This document shows, piece by piece, positions 50,553 to 63,075 of a stretch of DNA of 64,000 nt. Both the position numbers and the translations under genes were made by a program. Location: positions 1,282,963 to 1,346,962 of the forward strand of contig MU058781.1 of the NCBI GenBank assembly GCA_013265495.1, read 5' to 3'. The DNA is from Vicugna vicugna (Eukaryota). Within the stretch, counting starts at the first letter, position 1, and each line of letters starts with the position of its first letter. The notes under the pieces were generated by a model, which was not told the DNA's origin, searched no databases, and saw only the letters and a program-made list of their open reading frames with translations.

Positions 50553-52172
50553 CAGCTTCACTGGGAGGCAAATGATGTTCGGGTTCCTGGAAACGCCTCC
50601 TGATTTTCAGTTCCCGCAGTTCCAGGGTTAAGGATCCCCACGTGAGGGGAAAATCCTGAGAATTCTGGAAAATATTTGTTTCCCAACCTGACAGCTATGT
50701 TTTCCACGCCAGCCTTTGCCTTGCGACCTGAATCCACATGCTTCCCACAGGCCACCTGCCTTTGATGTCAGCCGGAGCTCAGCCATCTTGAAGATGGAGG
50801 CAGAGATAATATCGGCCAAGTCTGCTTTGCAAAATTCAGCTTTTCTCCCCTCTGCAGACAGGATGCTAAGTCCAGAACTTGGGGGGCTGACTCCCTCTTT
50901 GCTGGGCTCTCTTACCATATCCGCATAAATCAGTCTTTAAGAGCCTTTCTTTCGGTCCTGTCCCCCACACCCATCTGATAGCATCTCAGCTACTCCCTTC
51001 AAAGACAACGCAGGGCCGTCATTTTTTTCTTTAATGCCTCTGTTCTCATACAGTATATTTTACTCCCAATGACAAAACGTAAGCAGGATTGAAAACAGAT
51101 TGTTTATCTGTACCCAGAGAGAAATATTTACTAGCCAGCAAATACAAACCCTGCCAGAGCTGGCCAGTCAACTAGCAATCTTCTGTGAGAGAGATCCATT
51201 TATTAAGGGTGTGTCTCCGGTCTCCGGTGTTTTGTGACCTCATTCACTCTGCAAGGGGACACCTGGGGACATCATGGGTGACAAGAATTCACCATTTCAC
51301 TCACGAGCTAAGGAGTAGCCCCTGCTACGCCAGGAATCTTTCTCATCATTCCTGAAGCTGAAATAGGGCTTTTCTCTCTAGAAATAAAATCAGCGATAGT
51401 CCAGGGAAAACAGTGGCGGGGAGATAAAATCTAGAAAATACTGCAGCAGGCGCCCGCCCCTTCCCCTCCCTCTACTTTGTGTGTGGACAGTGACGGCTGA
51501 GGAGCTCACAGTCACCCTGAATGTATGGCTGCCTTTCGTGCCCCGGGGCCAGGGGAGATTTCTTTACTGGAGATGCAATCAGCTCTAACCAATCAGTAAG
51601 AAGGGTTAATCAGCTGATCGATTGGTCCCTCAGCAGCCAGGACCTGGCTCCTCTCTGACTGGCTCTAGCCTGGCCTTGGGGCAAGAGGTTGGGAACTTTT
51701 AATTATCCACAGCAGCTACTGCACTGATTGAATGGTCAATGGGTTTACCACTGAGGTGGCACTGCTTGAATAATAATAGAAAGCCCTGTGAACGCCGGCA
51801 AGTGCAAACAGAGGGCCAGATAAGGCACTGGGCCACCACAATGCCCGTTAAGACGAGTTAATTGCCTGGCAGAAGCCAAATTTCAAAGGTCTGTAAGATG
51901 TTTTATCAAAGTGTGGCGGCACTTGGGGGAGGGGGGAGCCCCGAGAGATGGCATTTTCTCCTGTTCCTCTTTGGTCTGTGAGCACTATTGGCTGCATATG
52001 CTGCCCCAGGACCAAGGGAAACTTGCTTACCCTGGTGGTTATAAAAGGATCACTGGAGGAAATTTGTATTTTGACATTTGCCGGCACTGTCAGGGTTTAA
52101 TTATTTTTTCTTGTGAACTTCCTTTAAAAGAAATCATCTTCCCTAGCTCCACTACGTGAGATGAGCTCATTC

Positions 52173-52176
<4 letters not shown>

Positions 52177-52217
<41 letters not shown>
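52177..52217. repeat. (TG)n microsatellite, about 20 units
   Basis: Direct reading. Confidence 0.97.
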
Positions 52218-52220
<3 letters not shown>

Positions 52221-52626
52221 GAGGTGGGGGCAGGTGACATCCTGCCAAAAAAAAATAATGTTCACACCGAAGGGGTTTTTAAAAGCCTCACTCAACTTTG
52301 TGATAGGAAGACCCTTCCACTTTCTACTCCCAAACAGAATAAATCATTAATCTGATGACTCACTATAATATCCTGACCCCTCCTTTCCCTGATGAACACA
52401 GTTCATTCATGGTGGTTCCTTTTTCTTTCCCCTGAAAGATTAAACCAAGAAGTGCCTCAGAATAAAAATGATACCCTTGTTCAAATCCTCAGAGAGTGTA
52501 TCACTGGAAGCAAGTGCTCCGGGAGGGGCAGAATAACCAGCCAACAACTCTATATGCTGGAAAGGAGGTTGGCAGTAGATGTGAGCAATTTCACAGAGAT
52601 GCTGAAAAGGATGTTTGGGGTCAATT

Positions 52627-52703
52627 AGAGAGAAAGCGAGAGAGAGACAGAAAGGAAAAGGAAGGAAGGAAAGAAGAAAGGAAGGAAGGAAGGAGAGAGA
52701 GAG

Positions 52704-52736
<33 letters not shown>

Positions 52737-52742
52737 AAGAAT
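52627..52742. repeat. Polypurine (GA/GGAA/GAAA)n tract
   Basis: Direct reading. Confidence 0.95.
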
Positions 52743-54969
52743 CAGGTCGCACAGAGTCCAGTGTTTGGAGGGGCATCAAAGAAAAGTCAACCCGAATCCC
52801 TTCTGAAGGTGTCACCTGGAATCTCCATCAAGACCCTCCAATTGTCAAAGATCAGGAACGGTCCTTTTAAGCAGATTCCATGTTAAAAATTTGCCTTTCT
52901 CCAGCGATCGCCCACAAACACAGAGCTTTCATCGGGCTCTGCCAGAGTCATTACTATTTATATTACCATCCCCTGGCTGTGTGCAGTCAATTCATAATTG
53001 TCCAGTTTTTCTAATTAATCACAAAAGATTTTTGTTTTGCCTGCAGCTAGTTGTGGGGTGACTCACGATGGCAGGCCGGAGCTCATCCATCAAACACAGG
53101 CCCTTTCTCACTCCGGCCTTCTGCTGGGGAATGCGGCTCAGTGCTTCTCCACCGAAGGGGCGCGCACTGGGCATGTGCAGCCCCGGGCGGGGGAGAAGCC
53201 AGAGATCTGTCCTCGACTGGGTGACTTGTTATTTTTATCTGATGCTTGCATTCTCGGGCCGAATCAGATCCAGATAGCAAAGCACGGTGTCTAAATTCAG
53301 AGCACAGCTACCCTCCCTGCTCTTTCCCCCCACCCCATCCTTTTGTCAAGTTGTTCAAGATTCTCGCATCTCCAAAAGAGAGATCTGGAGACCATTTTTC
53401 ATATCCTTCAGTCCCTTCCAGGGTGCCCTTTTATGGAGGCAACAACAATAAAAGAATATCACCCAGAGGGGAAGAAAAAAAACCCCCACAATTTCTGCAT
53501 TTTATCCGGCCCAGTCCATGTAATGACCGGGCAGCTGGAAATACCTGTTTAATATGCAGTTGATCTTCTTGAAAGGCACCGGAGGGTGTTTCAGTAGGTG
53601 ACTGTTTGGAAAGGTGTCGGGTGCAAATAACCTCTAGGATTTCAAGGAAGGAGGCCAGTGCCACAGCTGGCCAGGGTCAGGATGGGGGGAGCACCTTCCC
53701 CAGATGACCAGAGGGCCTGCTGGGGAGGAGACAGGCCCAGACTGTCCCAGGTAACCTGCATTGCACGTGAAGAATTTCAAGATCTCCTTTGATCACATTC
53801 CACCTGCGTCGGGGTAGGGTCAACGGGGTGACGGGGGAAAGGCGCGCAGCTCAGCAGCCCTATGCAAACTTCAAGGCTCCATCAGATGCTCTGGAGACGT
53901 CAGGCAGCAGCGAGCTGCTGATTCTATACACGGATTCATCTTGCTGGTGTTCATGAATGTGGGCGAGAGACTGTTACACTAGAGAGTTTCCAGACAGCAA
54001 CAGACTTGCACATTTCCTTGTGTAAGACAGTCTGCAAGGCCATCGTGCTCCCACCTGTCCATCTCACCAACCCCACTGGTCCTTTGAGTCTAACTAGATA
54101 TCGCCTCCCCTGGGAAGTCTTGTCTGGCCACCTGCCCTGACCTGCCTGCCACCTGTTCCCATCAGATTGTTAGATGCATCTTTTCGGCACTGCCCCAAAA
54201 GCTTGCAGTGCCTGGATCCTAGCACGCATCCCACAGCCTCGCAGCTGCCTGTTTTCTTCCTGATTCCCCCACGTCGCTGTCGAGTCCTGGGAGAGGAGGA
54301 ATCATCCTGTTTGCCTTCAGCTCCGGCACATGTCACCACGGGCAGCTCCAGGAGAGAAGCCCCTCTAAACAGAGTAGATGCACCATTGGAGGGAAAGGTC
54401 GTAGTCAGTGAGAAGGTTGATGGTGACTAAGCTTACCTTTCTACATTGATTTCTCAAGCTGTGCACCATTATAGGGCTCCGTCCACCCACCCACCCCCTC
54501 ACTGGTCACCTACTGTGTTGACTCTTCAGAGAATTAAGCCTCCTAGGCCAGCCCTGCATTCTTCATGTGCTCAAGCCCAGAACAATACTGATGTTCAGTT
54601 CACTTTAAATCATAATAACAATAAAAATACAGAATGCTGTTATTAACCCTTGATTAAGAAAGGCCAAGGAAACCTGGACTGGTGTTTTGTCTTTTAGCTG
54701 TTTCCCCTTCTAAAAACTATTTGCATATGTGGCTGGGGTGGGGGTGCGGGGTGAGTAGGTATCAAAGGTACAGCTGCCTGTTTGGTCTAATTGGTCTGTT
54801 TTTCACTCTTTATTATGAAAACACTAGGCAAGGGGAATTCTAGACCGTCCTTGGATCTTAGTAAAGTAAATTCATTTTTCAGATGGAAAAGAGTAGATCT
54901 CCTTTAACACAAAGGATGCTAAATTTACAAAAAAAAAAAAAAAACAAAGTCACTAGGTCTTTGAACATC

Positions 54970-55690
54970 ACATTAATTCATACGTTTTTACTGAGCACGT
55001 GCTGTGAACCAGCACATAATGGGTGCTTGAAATGGACAGAACAGGCGTGACCTCTGCTCTCATTCGTGAGCAACCAATGTCGAGATCGCTGGTCCTCTGG
55101 GCAGATAAACCCGCACAGGCTGTCACAAGTCTGATGGGCATCACCAAAGGCTGATCCCGGGGTACCATGGAAACTCGCAGCAGGAGGAGTTGTCGTGGTC
55201 TGGGTGGGGGTGTTCCGTAAGACCTGTGTGCAGAAGGTCCCTTTAAGCTGAGTCATGCAGGATGACTAGGCTGGAACCACGCCGAGCAGGTGGGAATGAG
55301 TAAGCTGTGCTCCTTTCTCAAGGACATGGAAGAGCAGCCTTAGCTGGGGCATGAGAGTGAGTGGAATACTGGTTCCCAGAGGCTAGGAATCACCAGGACC
55401 ACCCCATAGAGTGCCTTGTAAACCATAGTAAAGATTTTCAATTTTGTCCTAAGGACAATGGGGAAACATCAAAGAAGGGGTTTAAACAGGTACTTTAAAG
55501 ACTCGGATTTATTGTCTACAGGGCACTCTGGTTGTCATTGGGAAGAATAAGAGAAGCTAGATGGAAAACAGGGGAATAATTAAGTAGCCGCTACAGAAGC
55601 CCAGGTGAGAAATGATGGCAGCCTAGTCCAGAGCAGTGACCGTGGGGATGGAGGAAAGTGGACAGGTTTTAGAGATACTGAGGCGTTGAG
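54970..55690 (-). mobile_element. L2 fragment
   Basis: Reverse 3' end 'cattaattcatacgtttttactgagcac'; 'gccttgtaaaccatagtaaaagattttc...cccaggtgagaaatgatggcagcct...gtggggatggaggaaagtggacag'. Confidence 0.78.
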
Positions 55691-57937
55691 AAAATGAAGG
55701 AAAAATAAATTGTGGAACTTGCCAAACAACAACTAAGATTTGTTTCTGCATTTCAGGCACTCAACTTTGCTTTATCCAGTGTCCCCAAAACCAAAAACTC
55801 TGAAACTTAAATCAGTGAGTTTAGGAAAATGAGTTAGGGGTGAATCTAAGGTACCGTTGTTGCTGATAGGAACACAAGGCCTTAAGCTAAGACCAGTTTT
55901 TCATTTACCTAACATCTCTTTTGGCGCTACAAAATTACACATCCACACATGTTTGGAGCCATCAGAGAACTCTGCAGAAATCTGGATTCTCTCCACACTT
56001 CTGACCCACACCCCCTCCACCTCCCACCCGAATGCAGAACCTTCTCCCCCACCATTTCCTCTTCATTCAGTTCCAGCAAACATCCGAGTAGCCTTGCAAA
56101 AGGCCATTATGTTTTCCAGGCTTAAGTTTCTCCTGTGTTAAAAATGGAGACAAGTGGAAATGGTATCTGTTCAGTTCTCTGCAAGTGGTATGAGAAAAAC
56201 TGGAGGAAGAGGATAAGTCAAACTGAACTTTTCAGAAGACAACACCCTCTCACCACAGGAAGCCCTTACCAGAGAGTGGGTCTGTGGTTCCTTGCCTCCA
56301 CCGCCACCCTCGGAGACTGCAACAATGAACATCTGATCTGCCGACACTACTGCTGACAAAGCATTACTGATCACACATGGCCCTCAGAATATAGTCACCC
56401 AGGAAGGGAATGCTGGGCCTGTTTGAACACTCCAGAACCAAACATCAAATTCTTTCAGCCTGAAAGTAAGTTAGAAATTTAAAATGTCAACGGCAAAAAC
56501 ATTTCATATCAATAACCAGATTCTAAGTACAGTTAGGTATCATATCAGGTTTCTGATTGTATTTTCCCCTTATTTATAATATCTTGGGTAGCCAATTTCT
56601 CCTTCTCCAAGAAAGAATTCTGAAATCTCAACCTGAGCCTTTTTTTTTTTCCTAATACAGAATAGCTGCACAAGGGGTTTTTTTCTCTATTATTCATATA
56701 ACAGGGTTTTTGATGCTAATAATAGGCACTCTCTCAGGTAGCTGGATAAAACAGTAAATTCCTTCAAGCCACTCTAAAGGAATTTTCCAAAATGAGAGAG
56801 AAAAATTTCACTTAAAAATACCATTCATAATTTAAAAAAAAAGAAAAGAAATCTCTGTGCAAGTAAAAGATTCCTAAAGTAAATACATCTCTTCCTTCAT
56901 TTAACTGAGGTAGTGTAGATAAAATAACAAAATTCCAAATTGACAAAAGAATTTGCACAAAGCCTTGGAATCTATTAGAAAAAGATTTGAAGTTTTGGGT
57001 AAACATGAGCAGCCACTTATGGGGCAGAAGATGATGGAAAAGAATCTCCTTAGCTTCACTCTTGGGCGTCGGACCAAAATTTGAAAAAGAAGGAAGAATA
57101 GGAAAACATTTGCTATTTGATTGAAGTTTTTGTAAGAGCCAAGAAGTGCCTCTTTTCCAATCACTAAAAGGTTTCCTGATTTTCCTTCTAACTCCAATCC
57201 CATTTCTACCTCTTACGTCATCTGCTTCCGGCTTCATTCGCACGGGTGGCAACCTGACCAGGAGAGGACCTTCTCCTCAGGAAATCTCGCTTCTCCTAAT
57301 TAGAAAAAGGCCTAGAAAGACTCCAGGACCGTCCAGTTCTGATCTGAAGACCTGAGCACACACCTACTGGCCTCAGCTAAGTCCTAGGCTCTGGGTTCTA
57401 AATCTAGACCTGGGACCCAAAGAAGAGTTCCAGGATGAGCCAGCCCTTCTTTTTTGAGTTCCCCTCAATTATCCAGAATGTAGACCTTCTTCCTCCAGGC
57501 TGATGGACCAGGACAGCTGAGTGGGAGCCCTGAGAGGCCCTCTCACAGGTTGGCCTGCCCGCGTCACAACACCCGGGGACACTGGACCCACCACAGCATG
57601 GCAGCCACTTTGTGCGCCAGGGTCCCATCTGTATGTGGGGCTTTCAGGAAGGCTAAGCAGGTGTCAGAGTGCTGTGGTGATGAGGAAAGAAAGGCGTCAC
57701 TTCTCTTTTCTCCCCTTCTCCCTCCGTTCAGCTGCCATTCCCGTTCTCATCCATATTTTTTCCAGATTTTTCATCAATGGGAAGATACTTTCACGGATTT
57801 TTTAAGTACTTTATCTATTTGTAAACACCCTTAAAAATAAAAGTCTCGGCCAAAACAACCTTCAAAAACTTGCACTTTGAATGACTCCGGAAAAGATAAA
57901 ACTTAGGACTGTAACCCAAATTAAAAGGCTACATTTA

Positions 57938-58076
57938 GGGAGGGAAGGTACAGCTCAGCAGTAGAGCATGTGCTTAGCATGCTCAAGATCCTGAGTTCAA
58001 TGCCCAGTATCCTATTTTAAAAAATAAATAAACCTAATTACCTCCCCCACCCCAAAAAAAGAAGAAGAAGAAAAAA
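57938..58076 (+). mobile_element. Camelid tRNA-Ala-derived SINE (Vic-1-like)
   Basis: 'gggaaggtacagctcagcagtagagcatgtgcttagcatgctcaagatcctgagttcaat' plus 'aaataaacctaattacctcccc'. TSD aaaaggct(a/g)cat. Confidence 0.9.
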
Positions 58077-59864
58077 AAAAGGCTGCATCTCATTTCAAAG
58101 TTTGCCTCTCTCGCAACTCCTGAATAGTTACAGATGAGTCACGAGAAAAAAAGTCTGAAAACTCAAATCACTTTAGTTCAGGCTCTGGTCTTTTTTCGTT
58201 CTCTGGCTGAAGCTACCATTACAGAGGAGGCTCTCCATCACCGGCGTCCTGGAAGTGAGTCGCCGGATGAGCTGAATGGAGCTATTACTGAGCGTCTGCT
58301 CTTCAGAGACTGAGGGAAGGGTATTGAGGTGGAGTTTTCGCTGATTTATAAGCATTAAATCAGATGAGGATAATGGCAAATCTGCCGATCTTTCTTATAA
58401 CACCGTATGAACAGTGATCCTTCTCCGATACCTGGAGGAGTGGCTCACGACACGCAGGTGAAATAAGCAGCAGGAAAGGAGGCTGAAAGTGACTTTCTGT
58501 CATCCCCGCATCAGTGGAACGGCAAGATGAATGTTGCGCCTCGAAATGCCTAGCAGTTTTTTGCCTGCTTTTATTAACCTTGCATGCTTCTAAGCAGCAC
58601 GGGGTCCTGGAGAAAAAGGTTATAACAAGTGGATGTTTGAGAGCAGAGATTGCTGTCCTGGGTTGGCTGGATAGTGTGTGCCTCCTTTAACCTTCCTTTG
58701 TGCTTGAAATCTTCGATGCAGCTGCCCCTTCCGTTACAAAAACTTCACAAACACAGCGGCTAAATGCATTTGGGTTCAGCACAACATTCGATTCAAATAA
58801 AGTGCCTTACATGATTAAACTGATGCTCCACCGAGACAACGGGGCAGTTTCCACCTAAAGAGGTGCCAACTGGCTTGTCCCCATCACCGACTGACTCCAG
58901 ACACTCCATGGGTCTTCGTGTTTCACAGTATCTTTTCTTTCTTGGTCTGAGTCCTGTGCTCTGATTTTCGTTTTTATCAGGCTAAAGAGGATGTATTTTA
59001 TCATAATGGCTTTACATTCCAGTGTGTGCAGGCCAACACAAATAGGGTATTACAAGTTAAAGAACGGTACCTCAGGCACCATTTTATTGGAACTAGTGTT
59101 TATATCAAACAATACATCCTAAGTACTTTATATTAAGCGTGGACAAATCATTTGCCTGAGGATTAGGTGTTGTGCCATTGAAATGTAATCCTTCTGTTGG
59201 TTTTTTTCTTAACTGCCAAACCAAACATGGTCAAAGAAGTAACTGTAAAAGCTGAAACAGGCACAATCTTAGCCTGCATTTCAAGCATGAAAGCAACGCC
59301 AAAGCCCAAAAGAGTGTAACACGGTGAAGCGTTTTATGCAGGTGCACACCTGTTACTGTGGTATCTGTTATCTGTCCTGAGTGTTCTTTCATTACTGGAG
59401 TGCACCAACCGTGTGGCGTTCCCAAGCACGTAAGGGTGAAAAAACAAAGCAGGGCTCAGTAGAAGCCAAGACCTCCCAGTTAACCACCAAGCTGGCCCGC
59501 TCCGAAGTAACCCACGTGACTTTTCTCAACTAACCCCATCCCTGAACAGCCGGCAGTGAGGGCAACAGTCCTCGTGTGCCAGACCGCTGCGATATTTGAT
59601 TTTACTCTCTCAGGCCAGGACCATGTTCTCTAGGATGGATACTGTTTAAATAATGCCTAAGTAGGCACGGGGGATATTTTTAAACTAGAGATCTGTTGTG
59701 TGGTCTCCAAGATGCTAATCTATGAGGTTGGTCTTATAGGCACATATACCCTATTTTTTAAAAACTCCAGCGAAGTCTCCCACAACAGTAAATCCTTGCT
59801 TTATTCCAGATTCTCTAATTGAAGATTTGCCAAGTAAAGGGGACACATAATTTAATATAACGTA

Positions 59865-60050
59865 ATATGATGGCTAAAAGTGGTTAAGAATGAAGTCGAA
59901 CTTCCTGAGTTTAAAACTTTGTTCTGCCACCGGTTGCTGTTTGACCTTGGGCAACTTACTTAACCTCTCTGGGCCTCGGGTTGCCTGTAAAATGCAGGAG
60001 AACACTAATACCTACTGCAAGGGTTTCAATGAATATTAAATAAGGTCACC
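59865..60050 (+). mobile_element. MIR SINE
   Basis: 'gtggttaaga...gctgtttgaccttgggcaacttacttaacctctctgggcctc...tgtaaaatg'. Confidence 0.8.
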
Positions 60051-60574
60051 AAAAGGACGTACTTTCAGCCTTTTCCTCTCCCTTCTTATTAGCTGTAAGC
60101 CTGCATGAGCGTCTCTGCTTCCTGCCTTAAGCTCTCTCTGTGTTACCCGCCCCCCAGACTTTTTTTCATCTGAGCAGGAATAAGCTGTGTGGAGGAGAAC
60201 CCTGACCAGAGGAGGCGGTGCTTGAGCCAGCTGGGGGTCTTGTTATCCGGTGACCTCAAAACCCTAATGTACTAACTTCCCTTCTAGCCTAACTGCAACA
60301 CAGACCCTTCTTTCTGGGTCCATCTGCTAAAACCATGCCACCTTCACAAGTGTGCTAAGCAGAGGCATGGGAAATATGTGTTGCCCTCACCAGCAGGCCT
60401 TCTGCAGCCCAGGACTACAGAGAGACAGCGACAATTACTCTTTTTCAAACAATAATTTTTTTAATTGAGCAAAGGTAGTAATTCAAACAGATAGTCCTCA
60501 AAGGCCACAAATAATCAAATGGAAAACTTCGATAAGTTCCTGAACACTTTCCTGGATTCACTGGCTCGTTTGAC

Positions 60575-60795
60575 AAAACCCTTACCGATTGCCAAATACG
60601 TGGCAGGCATCGCGCTTGATTCTGGGTTACGAAGCCTGAGGGAACATACAAGTAAACTCAGCCACTCATTGCACAGATTCATTCACTCAATTCACAGTCA
60701 TGTGCCAATCACTGTGCCACACTCTGGAAGCACACCAGAAAATGGGGACAGATGCAGTTCCTGCCTACAGATCCTTGGTACATGGGTTTCTGAAA
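60575..60795 (-). mobile_element. Decayed L2 3'-end fragments
   Basis: 'attcactggctcgtttgacaaa...tacgtggcaggcatcgcgct' and 'attcattcactcaa...atgtgccaatcactgtgc'. Confidence 0.55.
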
Positions 60796-61811
60796 ATGAG
60801 CAACACCTTGGAAATACTCACTAAATCCTTACTGCTTGAGAAGTTACAGGAAGCCTCTTTATCAGCAATATCCAGATCTTATTTTTGTTGTGAAACTTTA
60901 ATCCAGCCAAGTCACAGACCAGAGAGGTTAAGCATGTCCAGAACGTGGACCCCCTTCTCATCCTTAAGGACAGACTCATCCTTAGGTCCACTTTGCAGTA
61001 TCTGTTTAGAAATATAAAAGGGAGGGGTCCTCACTTTGGAGACTCTGGAAGGGCTCGGAAAGAGCAGCAGAGCAGCTGGGCACTTTCCATGGATCCAGTC
61101 TTCCTGAACAGATTTTTATTTCTGAAAAGAAAAGGAAATATACGAAAACTGAACAACAGTTCCTTCCCAGAGAACTACCCAGAAATACTCAAAGGCAAAT
61201 CCCATCATCTGTGTATTTCCCTGAACAAAGTGTAGAAAAACCAGACGGTCTGAGTGGTGTCAAGGAAGCAGGATGAGGGCCGTCCTTCCTTGTACAGGTC
61301 AATGTGGTAAAGTCCCGGAGCACCCAGCCTCTTTCCCGCTTCAGTAAGTGACTTGTTCATGATTCCAGGCAAGTCTCTGCTTCTCATGTGCCCCACGTCA
61401 ATCTAGGGTGACTTTCGGAGACTTCTTCTTACCCGATTCATGGCATTTGGGACAGAAGAACTTGCGCACATTTTAATGGAGCATGATGAGTTGTATTGGT
61501 CTTCAAGACTCCTTCATTCTATAAAAAAGAGAAATGTTTCTAAGCTAAGACACAGAGCACGGTTCGTGGTTTTTACTTTTCTCTGAAATGTATGCGTTTA
61601 TTTCTAAATGGAGATCTAATTCCTTTCCCACCCAGTTTTCAACATCTTTCAGAGTAGTAGGTTTCGTAGTTAAAGTGTTTATTCAAAGAATATTCTGACC
61701 ATTTATAAATTAATTTCTCTATGAATCAGAAAATCTTTAAATATCTGAAATGTGATTAGGTTGGATAAAAATCAGAAATATTACAGCGTTCTTTTCAAAT
61801 GCAAATCTTAC

Positions 61812-61930
61812 CTGCCACCTTCTCCATGATCTGGGGTCTCTCGGCGGATAGATTCCCTCGTTAAAACTCTTGGATGTTTTAATGTAGAGAACATATGTTG
61901 CTGTCAACTTTTGATTTCTCCAACTATTTT
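61812..61930 (-). other. Candidate internal exon (119 nt) of a minus-strand transcript, containing two ATGs
   Basis: Acceptor 'aatgtttttcttgtag|AAAATAG' and strong donor 'GGCAG|gtaaga'. Unique sequence with retained CpGs in AT-rich flanks. Confidence 0.6.
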
Positions 61931-62229
61931 CTACAAGAAAAACATTATGATAATTAACATTATTAACATTATTAAAATGTTTTTCTCCTACACAAATAGG
62001 AGAGTTTTCTAGTACTAGTCTCCCTTAGAATTCTCCTGAGTGTCACCGTCATTTAGGACACACTTGGGACATGGATTTATACATGTAGCTCTTACATATA
62101 CACCTCATTACAGTGAAATCTGATGCACTGAAATCCGCTATTACAGGCTTTAGAAACTAGAAAACTAGCTCAATACACATAATACACAGAATCTCAAAAC
62201 TTCTTTTACATACTTCTAAAGTCCGTGCA

Positions 62230-62383
62230 GGGGGAAGGTGTAGCTCAAATGGTAGAGCGTCCGCTTAGCATGCATGAGGTCCTGGGTTCAATCCCCGGTA
62301 CCTGCATTAGTAATAATAATAATTAATTAATTAGTAGACCTAATGACCTCCTCCCTCCAAAAAAAAATTTTTTTTCAAAAAGA
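62230..62383 (+). mobile_element. Camelid tRNA-Ala-derived SINE (Vic-1-like)
   Basis: 'gggggaaggtgtagctcaaatggtagagcgtccgcttagcatgcatgaggtcctgggttcaatcccc'. TSD taaagtc(c/t)gt(g/t)cag at 62217 and 62384. Confidence 0.92.
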
Positions 62384-62899
62384 TAAAGTCTGTTCAGCCG
62401 TATATTCCAGTAAGCACGTCCCACTCTTTCCCTTCGTTAACTGAAATGATTCCATCTCTGAAGCACTTCTGCCTTTCCTCCAGTCTAGAAGAGTCTGCTC
62501 ATTCTAATGCAGCCTCCTCCTCCTTGTTCTGTGTAACGAGCTCTGAGTGATCAAAAGGAGTTGCACATTCACCCCCAATGGAAAATAATAAAGTGTCAAT
62601 CTGTAAGAAAAAAATGACTCTTCAATCCAACGTGATTATTCAGTCAAGAAATTTCTTTTACTTTGCCAAGAAAGGGGAGGGGGAGCGGGAAGTATTAGGT
62701 AATTTAATGGTTCGAGTTATCAAATGTGATTTTAATGGACATACATTCCATTTTACAACGAAACCGTATAGGCTTTGATCCATACAAGTCCATGTCACAG
62801 AAAAGTTTAGGAGTCCATCTGCTCGGAAAGGGCCTTGCACCTGCAATCCATCAGACACTGCGGACTTTGAAGCTTTACTCTCCTACTCTAGTTTCTAGT

Positions 62900-63075
62900 T
62901 AATTACTCCCTTCCCTGAGCTACTTGGGTGTTTGTATAAATTTCGGTTCATGATTTTGCTGCCGTGTCTGCTGTCTTGTCTATGTCCTCGGCTGGGCTGT
63001 GACTTGCTTGAGGGAAAGTCTCGTGGCTTATTTATCTTTGTACCTCCGGAGCCTGGCGTGCAACAAACACACGTC
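62900..63075 (+). mobile_element. L2 3' fragment
   Basis: 'gggctgtgacttgcttgagggaaag...ttatttatctttgtacctccggagcctggc'. Confidence 0.65.

Noticed and set aside
56906..56930. let-7-like start tgaggtagt
   Set aside because: Only the first 9 nt match, and I see no precursor hairpin.
58173..58452. CpG-containing 68-aa ORF or possible exon
   Set aside because: No matched strong acceptor and donor pair on one strand, and no recognisable product.
60519..60824. Protein-like ORF MENFDKFLNTFLDSLARL…
   Set aside because: Overlaps antisense L2 3'-end remnants; no homology or splice support that I can recognise.
62230..62305. tRNA-Ala(AGC)-like genes (also at 40310, 49230, 57940, 31110)
   Set aside because: They have SINE tails, TSDs and mismatched stems, so they are retroposed SINEs rather than tRNA genes.
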